This document shows positions 1 to 11,977 of a DNA stretch of 64,000 nt, in pieces. The stretch covers positions 186,001 through 250,000 of the forward strand of contig JAHLTZ010000015.1 in assembly GCA_025786725.1 (NCBI GenBank), written 5' to 3'. Within the stretch, counting starts at the first letter, position 1. Every line of letters begins with the position of its first letter. The notes under the pieces were generated by a model that saw only the letters and a list, made by a program, of their open reading frames with translations, made no database searches and was not told where the DNA came from. The DNA comes from Syncephalis fuscata S228 (taxonomy: Eukaryota > Fungi > Zoopagomycota). Both the position numbers and the translations under genes were made by a program.

Positions 1-779
1 ACGATTCTAATTGATATTATTTAATATAATAACTGAATTAGAACAATGGTTATATACCTTAATGATTTCTACAATAGACATGACCAGAATACCGAATAAA
101 AATCCATTGTACTGAAAATGAATATGTACTGATAAAGTTAGGGATTATTATGCCATACTCTAGCGAATTAGCAATACAAGGATATGATCTATAATGAGTA
201 GCCCAACATTAAGAAAAACACCTGCGGCCATTACAACGCGTTCCTGCTTAGTACGCCATGCAACCTCTTTGACAAATCTATAATCAAATAGGTCTACATT
301 ATTTATTGTTTACACTGACCCGGAGGCACACTTACCGATGCAGAGCATAGCACAATAGGCCATCAGTTGCGATAACTGTTAGTCGTTGGTATAATACGCA
401 CTCCCAGCTCTGATATGGTGCAGCCGAAATGGTTGTAATACGAGGGTCAACCCATGGCGTGACCAGCGATAGTATATACTCAAACCAAGCAAAAAAAGGT
501 GGATAATCAAGTGTCCATTCACTCGTATCCTACTTGCATTAATAAAATGGAATTACGACTAAAGTAAGCTGCTTACCTCGTAGTACCACTTAGATATAGG
601 TAATGTATGAGTAATGGCAAGCCAATTCCGATGAACGTCAAAATCTGTCGAGCGACTAGGCTATAGTTAAATATACTGCCCAATACCATGTATTCAAATA
701 GCGTAACTTACTAGGATGGAATAAGAAATAGTTTAAGCAGCGTGCCTGCAATTGCCACGTGCAGAAACGCAGAGGCCAT
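1..779 (-). CDS. ALG8: Dolichyl-PP Glc1Man9GlcNAc2 alpha-1,3-glucosyltransferase (5' part; runs off window start; multi-exon)
   Basis: Manual splicing from ATG 779 gives [62 protein letters not shown], the hallmark ALG8 motifs. Confidence 0.93.
126..185 (-). other. U12-type (minor spliceosome) AT-AC intron in ALG8
   Basis: Donor ATATCCTTG, branch-like TCCCTAAC close to the 3' end, terminal AC. Removal restores the conserved DHIHFQYNG; retention gives an in-frame TAG. Confidence 0.9.
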
Positions 780-1436
780 GTTTATACTGTGGCAACAAGA
801 AAGTGTAATGAAGTGATGGTGAAGATAGTTTAACTAATACGCGACTGTTGCGTGTGTAAAGAAGGACAGACAAATAGAGATCATTACTAACGGAGTTTTA
901 TTTTAAACACCAGCTACTGACTATTTAGAGCAATACTAATTTATTGTAAGCTAATGTGGCCATTGTATGGCATTACAGTAGCTGTAAAACCTATTGATTT
1001 GATACTAGTATATCTATGTAGATGCTGTATGTCTATTGTATAAATAGCATTGTACCATAATAATAATAATAGTAGTAGTAGTTATAACATGTTGATTTTA
1101 TAAAAAATAGTAATCATTAGTGAAATACGCACAAATATATTCATTATAAATGTTAGTCTCTTATCTGTCTAGCTTTTTAGTAATAACCATTAACATGTTG
1201 TAAAAATAATAATTTGATTTAAAAAAACAATGTTTAATAGTTTATGAACAAAGTAAACAACAATATCAACCCTTCTAATCGACAGCATCTTGTTATTGCA
1301 TATTGGTTACTAGGAAGACTGATGAATAATAGCATTGTATCTTCTGGTGTAATAGCAGAGTTTGTACTAGAAACCGCGACTTGAAAGGCCTAGATAACGT
1401 TGATTGCTTCATGGATGGTTGAAGTAGCAGAGAGGT

Positions 1437-1528
1437 TTATTTTCCGCAGTTGCAGGTGGTGCCGCACTTGCAAGCATCACCGCAGCGCAGCCGCTGCATT
1501 CTGGATCGGCCTTGATGATTGGAAGCAT
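1437..1528 (-). CDS. Small Cys-rich metallothionein (~30 aa), with apparent 1-nt deletion at ~1485
   Basis: MLPIIKADPECSGC[x]CGDACKCGTTCNCGK* once one base is added at TGC-GC-TGC. CxC motifs and a C-terminal CGK; TATAAAA upstream at ~1672-1678. Confidence 0.8.
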
Positions 1529-4144
1529 GATAACTGGAATCGGTGACTTGTGTGTTGGATAGCTTGCTGGTGCAAGTAAGAACAGCAGTGTGGTACTGAA
1601 AAGTAGAAAGCTGAAAAGATAGTGTGTGTGGTGCGATGGGTAAGTGCAGCTAGATGGGCATTATCTGGCCCTTTTATATTCCATGCGCCAAAACTGCTCT
1701 ATATGGTTTCTAGAAATAGCTGACCACAATACGTCATTGCCAATGGTTAGAATGGCGTAAAAGTAAACTTGATACAAATCCATAGCATTCCCGTGGTATG
1801 CGCGATTTTTGCCCACAATAAAATGAGATGATGCCTTCCGGTATCGTGTAACGCAGGTGACTTGAACGGTGGATTGCAGTCAAGCATCAGTTCAAGTCAT
1901 CGAAAACGACACGATACCAGATGGCACACCTCAATTTACTCATGCAGAAATCGCGTGTACATCATCGCATGGGACCAGCGTCTTGTCGTATGGTATTTTA
2001 TCATGTGCTTCTTAGGAGCTAAATCATCAGATCCAAGGCATATTTCTTTGAATGGGATAGTTATCCTGCGTCAATTTGAATAGCATTGATCTCTATTGTG
2101 CTTCTTGCTCAGTATTGGTAGATAACCATTCCGTCTATACATTTCAATGCAACAAAAAGAAAATCGTCCGAAATCATGCTCTGATTGGTTATGGACACTT
2201 CCATTAATAGAAGCTCTACCGCTACCTGCTCAGTTGGGTATTTGTGCAACGATAGTGGAGTTTGATGATTTTGGTAGATTACAATAGATGGTATCAAGGC
2301 TTCTGCAACTTTGTCCCAAGATAGTTATGAACCACGTTTGCCTAAATTGATATTACATGCAAATGTAGATGAACTTGCAGCATCCTGCTATTGCTTACCA
2401 TATCTTGTATAGTATTGCACGTTGCTTTGTTATACGTGAATGCACTTATTTGTATTGACAACAATAATAACAAGCATTTTTGAATAATTAAAGAAAGCGA
2501 GTAATGCATTACAATTGCAGCAATCAAATCTTGCATCCAATTCCAATCTATTATTATATTTATTATTTGTCACCTGTAAACTTTTCATTAACGACTAGCA
2601 GTATTAGACTCGATTTCTTTTATTGCTTATAATTTATTTTAACTTTTATTATCATTTGAAAATTAAATGACTGCATTGATTATTCACATATCTAAACTAC
2701 ATATTCTTTCTATTGAACATAGAACTGGATAATGAGTAATATCAATGATTAAAATACTCATCATTGTAGATTCATTATCCAGTATACATAGATATCCAGT
2801 ACACCTATATCATTAACAATGTATGCCTATACTATTATGTATCATTTCGTGTTATTCTAAACTTATTTTATGTATTACATATTCCAACACTCCTCACTTG
2901 CTTAGCCATAGTGCTTTCTGTTATTTTACATTTTAGTGCTAATAAATTACTAACAACAAGAGGGAAAAGTGGTTGTATTTCCAGATTACAATTAACAATA
3001 TACACTTAGTATGAAATCCAAAACAATAAACGCTGTAATCACTGATACAATAACTGATGCGTAATAGATATGCATGCAAAGAGCTTGCACAATTTATAAA
3101 GCGGCCAGCCAACATTACTACGTAAACAGCTAGATTATTGTCGGATAGTACTACAGTGATATGAAGTGTATGTATGGTGCATTGCAGTACTAAACTGCTA
3201 CTTGTATACCGAAATTAGCATGAAAACAAATATTTGTGTAGTATCAATAAAAAACAGCACACATAGTGACTATATCTGACTGAGCTGGTTTGATGGCGTA
3301 GTACGGCGTCACTGGACTACTTTATGTTCAAACAGGCGATGAAAGCAATAAACAACTCCAGTATCTTATTATAAAAATGTCATTATGCAACAACCAATAA
3401 TTAATTTTAGCAGCTGGCTGTTAAGATATAGTTGTATTAATGGCCGATAGTACAGCGTTATATATAGGCTGTTTATTTTATAGCCAATCTACAATACTAA
3501 ATTAAACGCATGAAAACTAATCAGTATATCTTTATGGCTTTATACATTACAAATGCTCTATACAGAACGATGGATACCTGTAAAGCAATACACGTTTAAT
3601 GCACTAGTGTTCCTGTCACATTGATGTTATGCGCTGTTTGGAACACCTGTAAATATTGAGGATTGATATTATCAGCGAAAGCAATAATAAAGGCATAGCA
3701 ATACATTGTTGCTATTTCTAGAACCAATAAATTTAGTATACATCGCATAGGCGAATTGTGTAACAATATAATACACATTGATAGGTGCATTTTTATCGCA
3801 TGTGTGTTAGTTGTTAAATTGTCATTTCATATGTATAAATGCCCAGAAAATAAAACAAAACTATGCTGCATGTTAGCACATTATTGATATATTGGTATAC
3901 ATATGCCTGAAGTTACCATGTGGATGCACCGTTATTGGTTCACATGCACATTAATGGTATAGCTCATACATACACCGTGCTGAAATACCAGCATAGTCGT
4001 GTATTTAAATAGTCCATACAATACATGCAACTGACTAGTGGCTTATCATCACATTCTACTCGTCGAACACTCACTATCATCTACTTTCTACTAGCCGTGC
4101 TATATCGCCTATTCACTTGTTTGTCTCAACAATTCAATATCACC

Positions 4145-5604
4145 ATGAAGCTTTCTATTGCCGTCGTTTGCACCATTCTTGTGGCTTTTGTAGCCAGTAC
4201 AGCCATGGTGGATGCCAGTCCAAATAGATTTATAGGCGTATGTTACAATTATAATATTTATTTATTTAGTTAACTAAAGTACAGCGGATAAGTCTAAATA
4301 AAATTCATAAGTATTACAATATAATATTTATTTATTTAGCCAACTAAATATACCTTTGCTGTTAATTTGGCTTTACTAGATGGTAAGTAATGCTGTATAT
4401 TAACTGAATCCATATTAAACATACGAAATGCACCGTGGATGTTTAACAACTTGTATTAATAGAGGGTAAGTGGCATTTTAACTAAATTAACTACATATTA
4501 ATTATGTATCGTGTATTGTGTGGTTTGAACAATTTGTATTATAGTTGGTAAGTGACATTTTATATTAACCGACTATTTACTAATCATATGTCATTCATTG
4601 TATGTGCTCAACAATGTATGTTAATAGAAGGTAATTAGCGGCGTATATTAATTAATTAAAGGCTAAGTTATAGCACACACTGTACGTGTTTAATGACTTG
4701 TATTAATAGAAGGTAAGTAGGATTGTAGATTAAATGAATACATACTAAATATATGCCATGTACTGTGTGTAACTGATAATTCTATTGATAGCATGTAAGT
4801 GCCATTGTATAGCAGTCGAAATACGCTAACCATCCAATATATGCTGTGTCTAACTAATACTCTGCATCAATAGCGAGTAAGTGGCATTGTATATTAATTG
4901 CATATGCACTAAAACATGATATACACTGCCTATTTAATGTACTTGTACTAACAGGATGTAAGTCGGATTGTATATCAATTAAATGTGCACTAAACATATG
5001 CCATACACTGTGTCTGTTTAATGACTTGCATTAATAGGGAGTAAGTGGCATTGTATATTGGTTAACAATATGCTAAACATATAATATGCACTGTGCGTGT
5101 TTACTAATAATGTGAATAGAGTGTACGTAACATTGTGTATTAACTAGCCATTCATTAAACATATGCCATGCTTGGTGTGCTTAATAATTTGCGTTAATAG
5201 ATAGTAAGTAACATTATACATTAACCAACTATTTTTTAAACATATTTCATGCAATGTATGTGTTGATAATTTATACTACTAATTAGTAGGTAATATTGTA
5301 TATTAATTAACTAGTTATTAAACATATGCCATGTATTGTGTGTTCAATATCTGTGTTAATAGTTGGTAAGTAGAATGAGCATTAATCAAGTATTTTCTAA
5401 GCATATGCTATATGTATTTTATATTTAACAATTTGTGTTAATAGCTGGTAAGTGGCATTGTAAAATACTTGACTATTTATTCAATATATGTCATGCACTG
5501 TGCATGTTTAATAATTTATACTAATAGAAAGTAAGTAATATTGCACATAATTTGCTATACGCTAATTATATGACATAATATGTACATTTATGAACATAGA
5601 ATAA
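4145..5604 (+). CDS. Secreted peptide precursor encoded by an array of 3-nt microexons (copy A; exon 1 is 1 nt shorter than in copy B)
   Basis: Exon 1 (4145-4237) encodes signal peptide MKLSIAVVCTILVAFVASTAMVDA. AG|NNN|GT microexons at 4380 ATG, 4463 AGG, 4545 TTG, 4628 AAG, 4710 AAG, 4792 CAT, 4874 CGA, 4955 GAT, 5038 GGA, 5120 AGT, 5201 ATA, (5283 TTA, acceptor AA), 5363 TTG, 5445 CTG, 5528 AAA; last exon starts at 5600 with AATAA. Confidence 0.75.
4380..5599 (+). repeat. Tandem array of 15 ~82-bp units (3-nt exon + homologous intron)
   Basis: Period 80-83 bp (last unit 72). Consensus NNN-GTAAGTggcattgtatattaa...aaacatatgccatgcactgtgtgtgtttaataa.ttgtattaaTAG. Confidence 0.95.
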
Positions 5605-6563
5605 CCGGCACTTTCAAGACATCAGCATTGGTACTACAACTACATTTGCTAGTTTAATGCACTTTAGGTATATGTTCGGTAAAGGACAAGACCATTTGAC
5701 AACTGCCGTTCAGTCTATTTATATCGCAAGTCCCAACCAATGCTTGGTTTATTCATATTTAGCCATTGATCCTATTGTATTACTAGCAAACTTGCATTCA
5801 TCTATGTCTATTCAGCTATGCAAATTTGAAGTAATAAACACATGGCTTTATTTTATTATATGTAATCAAATTGCTATGTCTAATTATTATTTATGATTTA
5901 TATTTAACAAATAGCAAATCTTAGCCAAATAAAAATATTGAAAACAGACACACATAAATATGTTTTCTTGTCGCCAGCATGCATCATCGTAAGTTTAGTA
6001 ATATTCCCATTCAAGTAACAACTCAATATATAACATTATGTCTATAAGTGTTGACAATATAATTGATTGTATTTATTTGCAGCTGTGCCATGAATAATGT
6101 CTAAATCACTACCATCACATAATCAGAGTGATATCATATTGCCATTAACATAACAGCAACTTTTAATTTTCAATAATTTGATAGTACATTTTACATTTTG
6201 TATTAATGCTGAATGGATTAAACAGCGAAATGCCATTATATAAATAGAAATGATATCAAATTAGTACGATTCAAAATATATTAGTGTCATTGTTTTGTTA
6301 TTACTTTGGCTATAGATATTTTCTAGTAAGTGGCTTTTGTTTATCGTCAAATCTTAATACAAATTCCGTCACTATTTTCTGTGGCACTTTTTCTGCTTCA
6401 CTGCCTGGTACTGTTCTGATCTTTATATCCAAATAAAGCTTTGTTATTATTATTCCATTTTGTTTATGTATTTCCCGCCTTTTCCTTTTAAATTGAAATG
6501 TGATAGAAACACAGCTCTTTATTGGTCATCATTACGCGTTTTAATTATAAAAGTCCCAACACA

Positions 6564-7673
6564 ATGTCAACAACCGATAGTAGTTATACATCGGCTAGTA
6601 CGCGATCAAAATTTAGCTTTGTTGATGAGCTGGTGGCAGAGGATATGCCACGGCATATATTTTTAGATAGCCCGGCATATAATACGCGTGCAAAAACAAG
6701 TAGTAGAAGCTCCAGTAGAAGTACTACGCAATCTGAATATAATCATGTTTATTTATTAAATGAACGCGGCTCTAATGCTAATAGAGCCTCGGGACATGGT
6801 CAGAAGCCTTATAAAAGAATGCGAAAGCCCATAAAACTTGATTCAGGCAAATTAAGCGAAAGTTTCTTGGAAAGAGCCGATCGACTACTACAATCTGGTG
6901 GATCATTACTATCGTTGGCTGTTTCTGTCGGGCCTAATTCGTTGGATACAGACAATTTAATAGAGCTACTGAATAACCAGGACAAAAGCAGCTTTAGTCG
7001 AACGTCGAGTAAACAATCGCATCTACAAGCACCGTCATCAAAACAGCAATCTACGAAACACAGCCTTGTCAATGTTTCTCAAGATTCTGGAATTAAAGCT
7101 TATAGCTGGGATATATCACCAAAGCGACAGCCATTAAGGTAAACATCCATAGAACAAGCTATATTATTCAATTGCTTAATGGTAGTTATAGTATGGTTAG
7201 TAAAAGTCGTGGCTTTTCATTTGTAAATAGTCCTTTATTAGCACGACGCTCTCCTCATCTGGTTCGCCATTATGCTGCTATGCACAAACCAGCACGACTA
7301 GTGCTTCTCCCCTCATCGCGTAGCCGTCTAATATCAAGTAGAAATCAAGGTAATTACTAAGAATATAACAAGATAACATCAACTTATATTTATTATAGAA
7401 AATATAAAGCCAAAACAAAAAAGCCCACGTCGACATATTTATCAGTATAAACCACAACCACCCACGCCTTTAGTGTACAAAACATATACGGTAATGACTT
7501 AATGATAAATGAGCATCATAATAGCTATACTAAACGTAACAATAATACTTTAGCATTTTCAATCGCGAAAACGACGACGTATAGACGAAGATGGCACAGT
7601 AACAACAAGTCCATCCATGCCAACATCATATTGGAGGGATAGATCAAGATTTAATTGCATGTTTTACAATTAA
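6564..7673 (+). CDS. Hypothetical Ser/Arg-rich protein, 4 exons
   Basis: Long ORF from ATG 6564; GT-AG introns at ~7139, ~7350 and ~7491 keep the frame to TAA 7673. No recognised domain. Confidence 0.6.
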
Positions 7674-7973
7674 AAATAAAATTATTGATTAACTATCTAT
7701 TTATAAAAATAATATTTACCAAGAATAAAGTAAGTATATTAAAGGCTCAACGGATCGCTAAATGGTAATAAAGAAAAGCAATTTAAAAGAAAAATAGCAA
7801 AAGTGCCAGGTGGCAGCAAAAACAAATAGCAACTATGTGCACCATCAAAAACAACATAGATATGCTATAACTGATGGATAGAATAAATGATCCTGCATTT
7901 AAATAGTGTATAGAGGGGATAAGTCGAATAAAATACAACAAAAGAGCACGCCAGCATCGATCTTTTGATCACT

Positions 7974-10330
7974 CTAAGCATTACTGGCTATTTTGCTATC
8001 TCCGTTGTTATTATGGAGACTTGTACAGTCTTGACAGATCCACGAAGTAGGAATTGCTCGTTCACTGATTCTATTGCATTGATAAGTAACAATGTATTTG
8101 TGTGAATAACTAATCACTTACCCAACACAGCGTCTAAATAGATAGATAGACAATAAATAAATCATTGATTCAATTAGAATATTATATTCATATAACTGGC
8201 AATCAGTCAATTAAAGCTTACCCATGGAACCAGTTATGGCAACGCTATAAATGTATATAATTAATAAATGATTATTAAACAACAATAACACTGCTACTTA
8301 CATCGCAATCAAGCATCACTAATCCTGACTGTCCCTCTCTACATACTTGGCAGCATACCTCTTCTTCAGTCAATTGTTGAAGGGGCTCAAATCCAAGTGG
8401 CGGTGGAAGAATGGGAAGTAGCATCGATGAAGGCAGACTATTACGCTTGCCCATAGACATGCCCAATGGTGGATATCCCGGTACATCGCTCTATTAATGT
8501 TATAGTTTAAATATACAATTTTATAGTCGATTAAGCCTTTCTAGCTTACCTTGCTCATACTAGGGCCGGATCCTAAATGATCGTGATTTGCCTCCATGGC
8601 CATTAATGTTGAATTGCGTCGATTAAAGTAGCTACGCTTCATATCCTCATACTCAACATCTCTGCAAGATAATAGAAATTAATAACTAAATACCACTTAT
8701 TAAATTGTCATTAAACTTACACAATTGATTTACGTTTGCGGAACATGGAAATTGGTTCAAACGAACTATCCGTATCACTGCTGGCCAATAGTACAATATC
8801 CTGATTCAGTCGTGGTTCATTCATCTATTATTACTTAGCTATTTGCATTAAACTATTATTTGTGTAACTTACCTCTCTCATAGGTTCCTTTTTATGTTCG
8901 GCATCTAGTAGTGGTTCTTGGTGTAGAAATTCGTCTTGATGTTCTATTACAGCTAGATTACTTTTATTGCTGTGCCTTTCACTACGTGCATCTGGAGTAG
9001 GACTGTTTGATGACGAGGCTGGACCTAAGTTGATAGCAGCAGCAGTATGGGCTTCTGGTGATGGTGCAGCGACTGATTCCGATTTAATCGATGCATCATC
9101 GCTGTCTGTACTAGCTGTCATGCTTCTAGCGGCAGTGGTAGCAGCTACTGGTGGTGGTGTAGGCTGCGGTGCTGAAGAAGGTGTTGGTGGCAGTGTTTCT
9201 TTTTCGTTAGAGGTCGGTGAGACAGATGATGTGCTGGATGAAGAAGCCGAGTGTTGACTACGTTTGCTATTGGCAGGCATGGTAATCTCGGGTACTGCTT
9301 TAATCGACTGTTTGCGGTTATTAGCCACTACAGCATGGCCACCTGGTCCAGGTGTTGGTAGGAGTGATCCAGGTTGCTGTTGCTGTTGCTGTTGTTGTTG
9401 TTGCTGTTGTAAATTGTAATAAGGATTCGAATGTGATGGTAGATGAGACGGATGAGAATAAAAACCTTCGGCTTGTTCCATCGGCAGACGACTCTGAGGT
9501 GACATTGGATGTGAGTGATAATGGTGTGGATGTGAGTGTGAGTGTCCGTGTGGATGATGGCCAGCCATATGAGGATAGCCATAGGGAGAAGGTGGCATAT
9601 GAGCATGGACATTATTAGACGATCCATTGACTGTCGCTGCGGCAGCAGCAGCAGCCATAGCAGCCGCATATTGGTGCTGTTGATGTGACTGTTGTGCTAA
9701 TGGCTGATGTACAACCTGCCGTGAAGGGTGCGAATGCATAGGATGTTGCGCTATTGGATGCGCTTGTGCTTGTGGCGGAGGTTGCTGGTGCTGGTGCTGT
9801 TGTTGTTGTTGTTGTTGTTGTTGTTGTGTAACAGCCATTAATGCATTGCGCAAATTTACGTTTTCTAATTCTACAGTTTCTAATCGTTTTTTAAGTAAAT
9901 CAATGTATTCTTTTGCCTTTTGCATGATTAGCACTGTGGAAGGCTTTTCAAGCTGAAGAGTCGGAATAATATCGCGCAGTTCATTAAGCTTTTCCTTTTG
10001 ATGATGTCGTCGCTAAATTGCCATATTAGTTTATAGTACAATTCAACTATTATCAATTTACCTTTCGTTCTAGTTCATTGTGATTCAGCCTTTTGACCTT
10101 TCTATATATTCAATAAATAACATTAGTATCATAAATATTTATTATCGTTTATGTTGTAAAATGCATTATGCAATTGTTTATCGTCATTTAAATCCATCCA
10201 ATCAGCCCATTTGTTTTAATTCATTACTATAAGTCTTTGCTTATTACTTTAATTATTATACTTACGTTGGCCGTGATAGTCCGGAGCCCAAGTCCTCATC
10301 AAAATCCATAATATCGTATTCTGAACTCAT
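7974..10330 (-). CDS. Myc/Max/Mad-type bHLH-leucine zipper transcription factor with polyQ/His-rich middle and C-terminal PHD finger
   Basis: Spliced N-terminus KRLNHNELERKRRHHQKEKLNELRDIIPTLQLEKPSTVLIMQKAKEYIDLLKKRLETVELENVNLRNAL. Spliced C-terminus CQVCREGQSGLVMLDCDRCHNWFHGRCVGISERAIPTSWICQDC (C4HC3), including a 12-nt exon at 8122-8133. Confidence 0.85.
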
Positions 10331-11977
10331 GTTTGCCTAATCGATCGTGTAATGGCGGAGATTAAACCGAGTTGAGAATAGTATGGTAGATCAGTTTAAG
10401 CAATATTCAATAAAACTAAGAATATCGTATACTGGATGCTGTGTAGGAAAAGTAGATAGTAAACTGAATGGATTGGCAATAGTGATGTTCAAGCACAAAC
10501 GACAATGTTTCACCATACATATATTGAGGTGTATGTCGTTGGCACCACGCTGTAAAACGACAGGGCGCTTAGCCAAGGCGTAAATGGTTCAACGAATAGA
10601 AAAATCCCCGGTAAACTAAATGTTGCTACCTAAGCAAATCTAGTTGGAAAGATGCAAAGCAAAAAGCAGAAAGCAATTTCAAAATAGTCCAAGGCTTACT
10701 ATTGTATAAGCAGACTAGGCAGGGCAGCAGTGTGTGAGTGTGCAAAGATGGCAGCTCAGGTATACGTGCAGGCAATATGCAGATAAACAACGAATAGCTG
10801 TATGTGCGTAGGTGTGCGATTTATATAGTCGACGCCACGTGTAGGTAACTATTTTAAAAAATACTATCCAGCAGTGGCGGCAAGGGTCAAGATTCCGGAG
10901 AAGAATAGGATAAAGGAGTGAAGAAAGAAGATGAGGTTTGCAATGCAGTCAGCAATCAATGCAATGTGTTGTAGATAGTTGCTATTGTCGTTGTTGTTGT
11001 TGTTGTTGCTGCTAAAGAGAGAAAGGAGAAGAGTGCAAGTAAGGTGGTGACAGAAGGTAAAAACGTGCCACAACTTCCACAAATAAAATGGAATATATTC
11101 GAACAGTGGCGGAAACAGGGACACCACAAGTTATAGGAATCTGAAGCAACTTTAAAACCGTCAAGAAAGGGGTACGGTCGGCTTTCCACGACAATTGGCA
11201 GTGGAAAAAAGGAAAATATCGCTGGTTTTGTCGAAAACGAAAAACGTGGCGCAAAGTAAAGCAAACTGGAATGAGTTGGAACGAAACGGTCAAGAATGCT
11301 AAAGTAGAAGCTCATCGATTGGTTTTTATCATGTGCATACATGCGTATTTGTATCTGCGCGTAGAAGGGAAGGAGGAGATTTATCGGAGTTGTGTTTGAG
11401 GTGTCGTTGCCGTTTTTTGAAAAATGTCTATTTCCTTTTAAGGCAGCAATATCATAGATTAGGCTATGTATCGCTAAATGGAGCGAAGATGGAATTCCCT
11501 CAGTATCCAGGATATTAGTAGCACTTACATTGTGCGGAGTGGCGATTAGAAACGCAGGTATAGCCTGATAATGAAACGAGTTTAGCCATTTATAAATAGC
11601 AGCCTACAGGTTATTATTGTTTGGCAGTAATTTGAATATCGGACGTTATGGTAGAACTAGTTTATTGTAGTTAGTCGTTCAGCAGTTGATGTAACAAGCA
11701 TGTTGGATGTAAGTAAATAGCTGCTGTATTGAAAGTCATTTAAATTTATATCATAATGATATAGCTATTAGCTGATGATGTCATTTAAATTGTTTTGTAT
11801 GCAACCAACTCTAATGCTAAACATGGTATTCTAATTATTTATATCGATTACATCTACAAAATATTCAATTCAAACAATCTATACTTTACTTTTAAACCAT
11901 TTATTCATACTCATGATGGTATATCTATTTATAAAATAAATATTTTAAAGTAAGAATATTTAATTGTAAGATTGATA

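Larger units (their letters stand above)
2690..6153 (+). repeat. Copy A of ~3.4-kb inverted segmental duplication (partner 44834-48233)
   Basis: Near-identical to the reverse complement of 44834-48233 from ATCTAAACTAC to GCCATTAACATAA. The ORF track shows the same translations on opposite strands. Confidence 0.96.

Noticed and set aside
1860-2540. Possible transposon or pseudogene remnant (short ORFs; DTRWH, WDKVAEAL)
   Set aside because: Motif resemblance is too weak to support without a homology search.
3596-3790. 64-aa ORF (twin at 47131-47325)
   Set aside because: No protein-like features; recurrence is explained by the recent duplication.
4380-5599. CRISPR array or plain minisatellite
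   Set aside because: Eukaryotic context with no cas genes. The repeats are ~79 nt and degenerate, the inserts are only 3 nt, and conservation peaks at splice signals, which fits introns.
5657-5896. 79-aa ORF (and twin at 45091-45330) as an independent gene
   Set aside because: Lies downstream of the phase-1 stop of the microexon gene and is probably 3' UTR. Its twin exists only because of the duplication.
2690-6153. Cassette as a DNA transposon, MITE or Helitron
   Set aside because: No terminal inverted repeats, target-site duplication, Helitron-type CTRR end or transposase seen.
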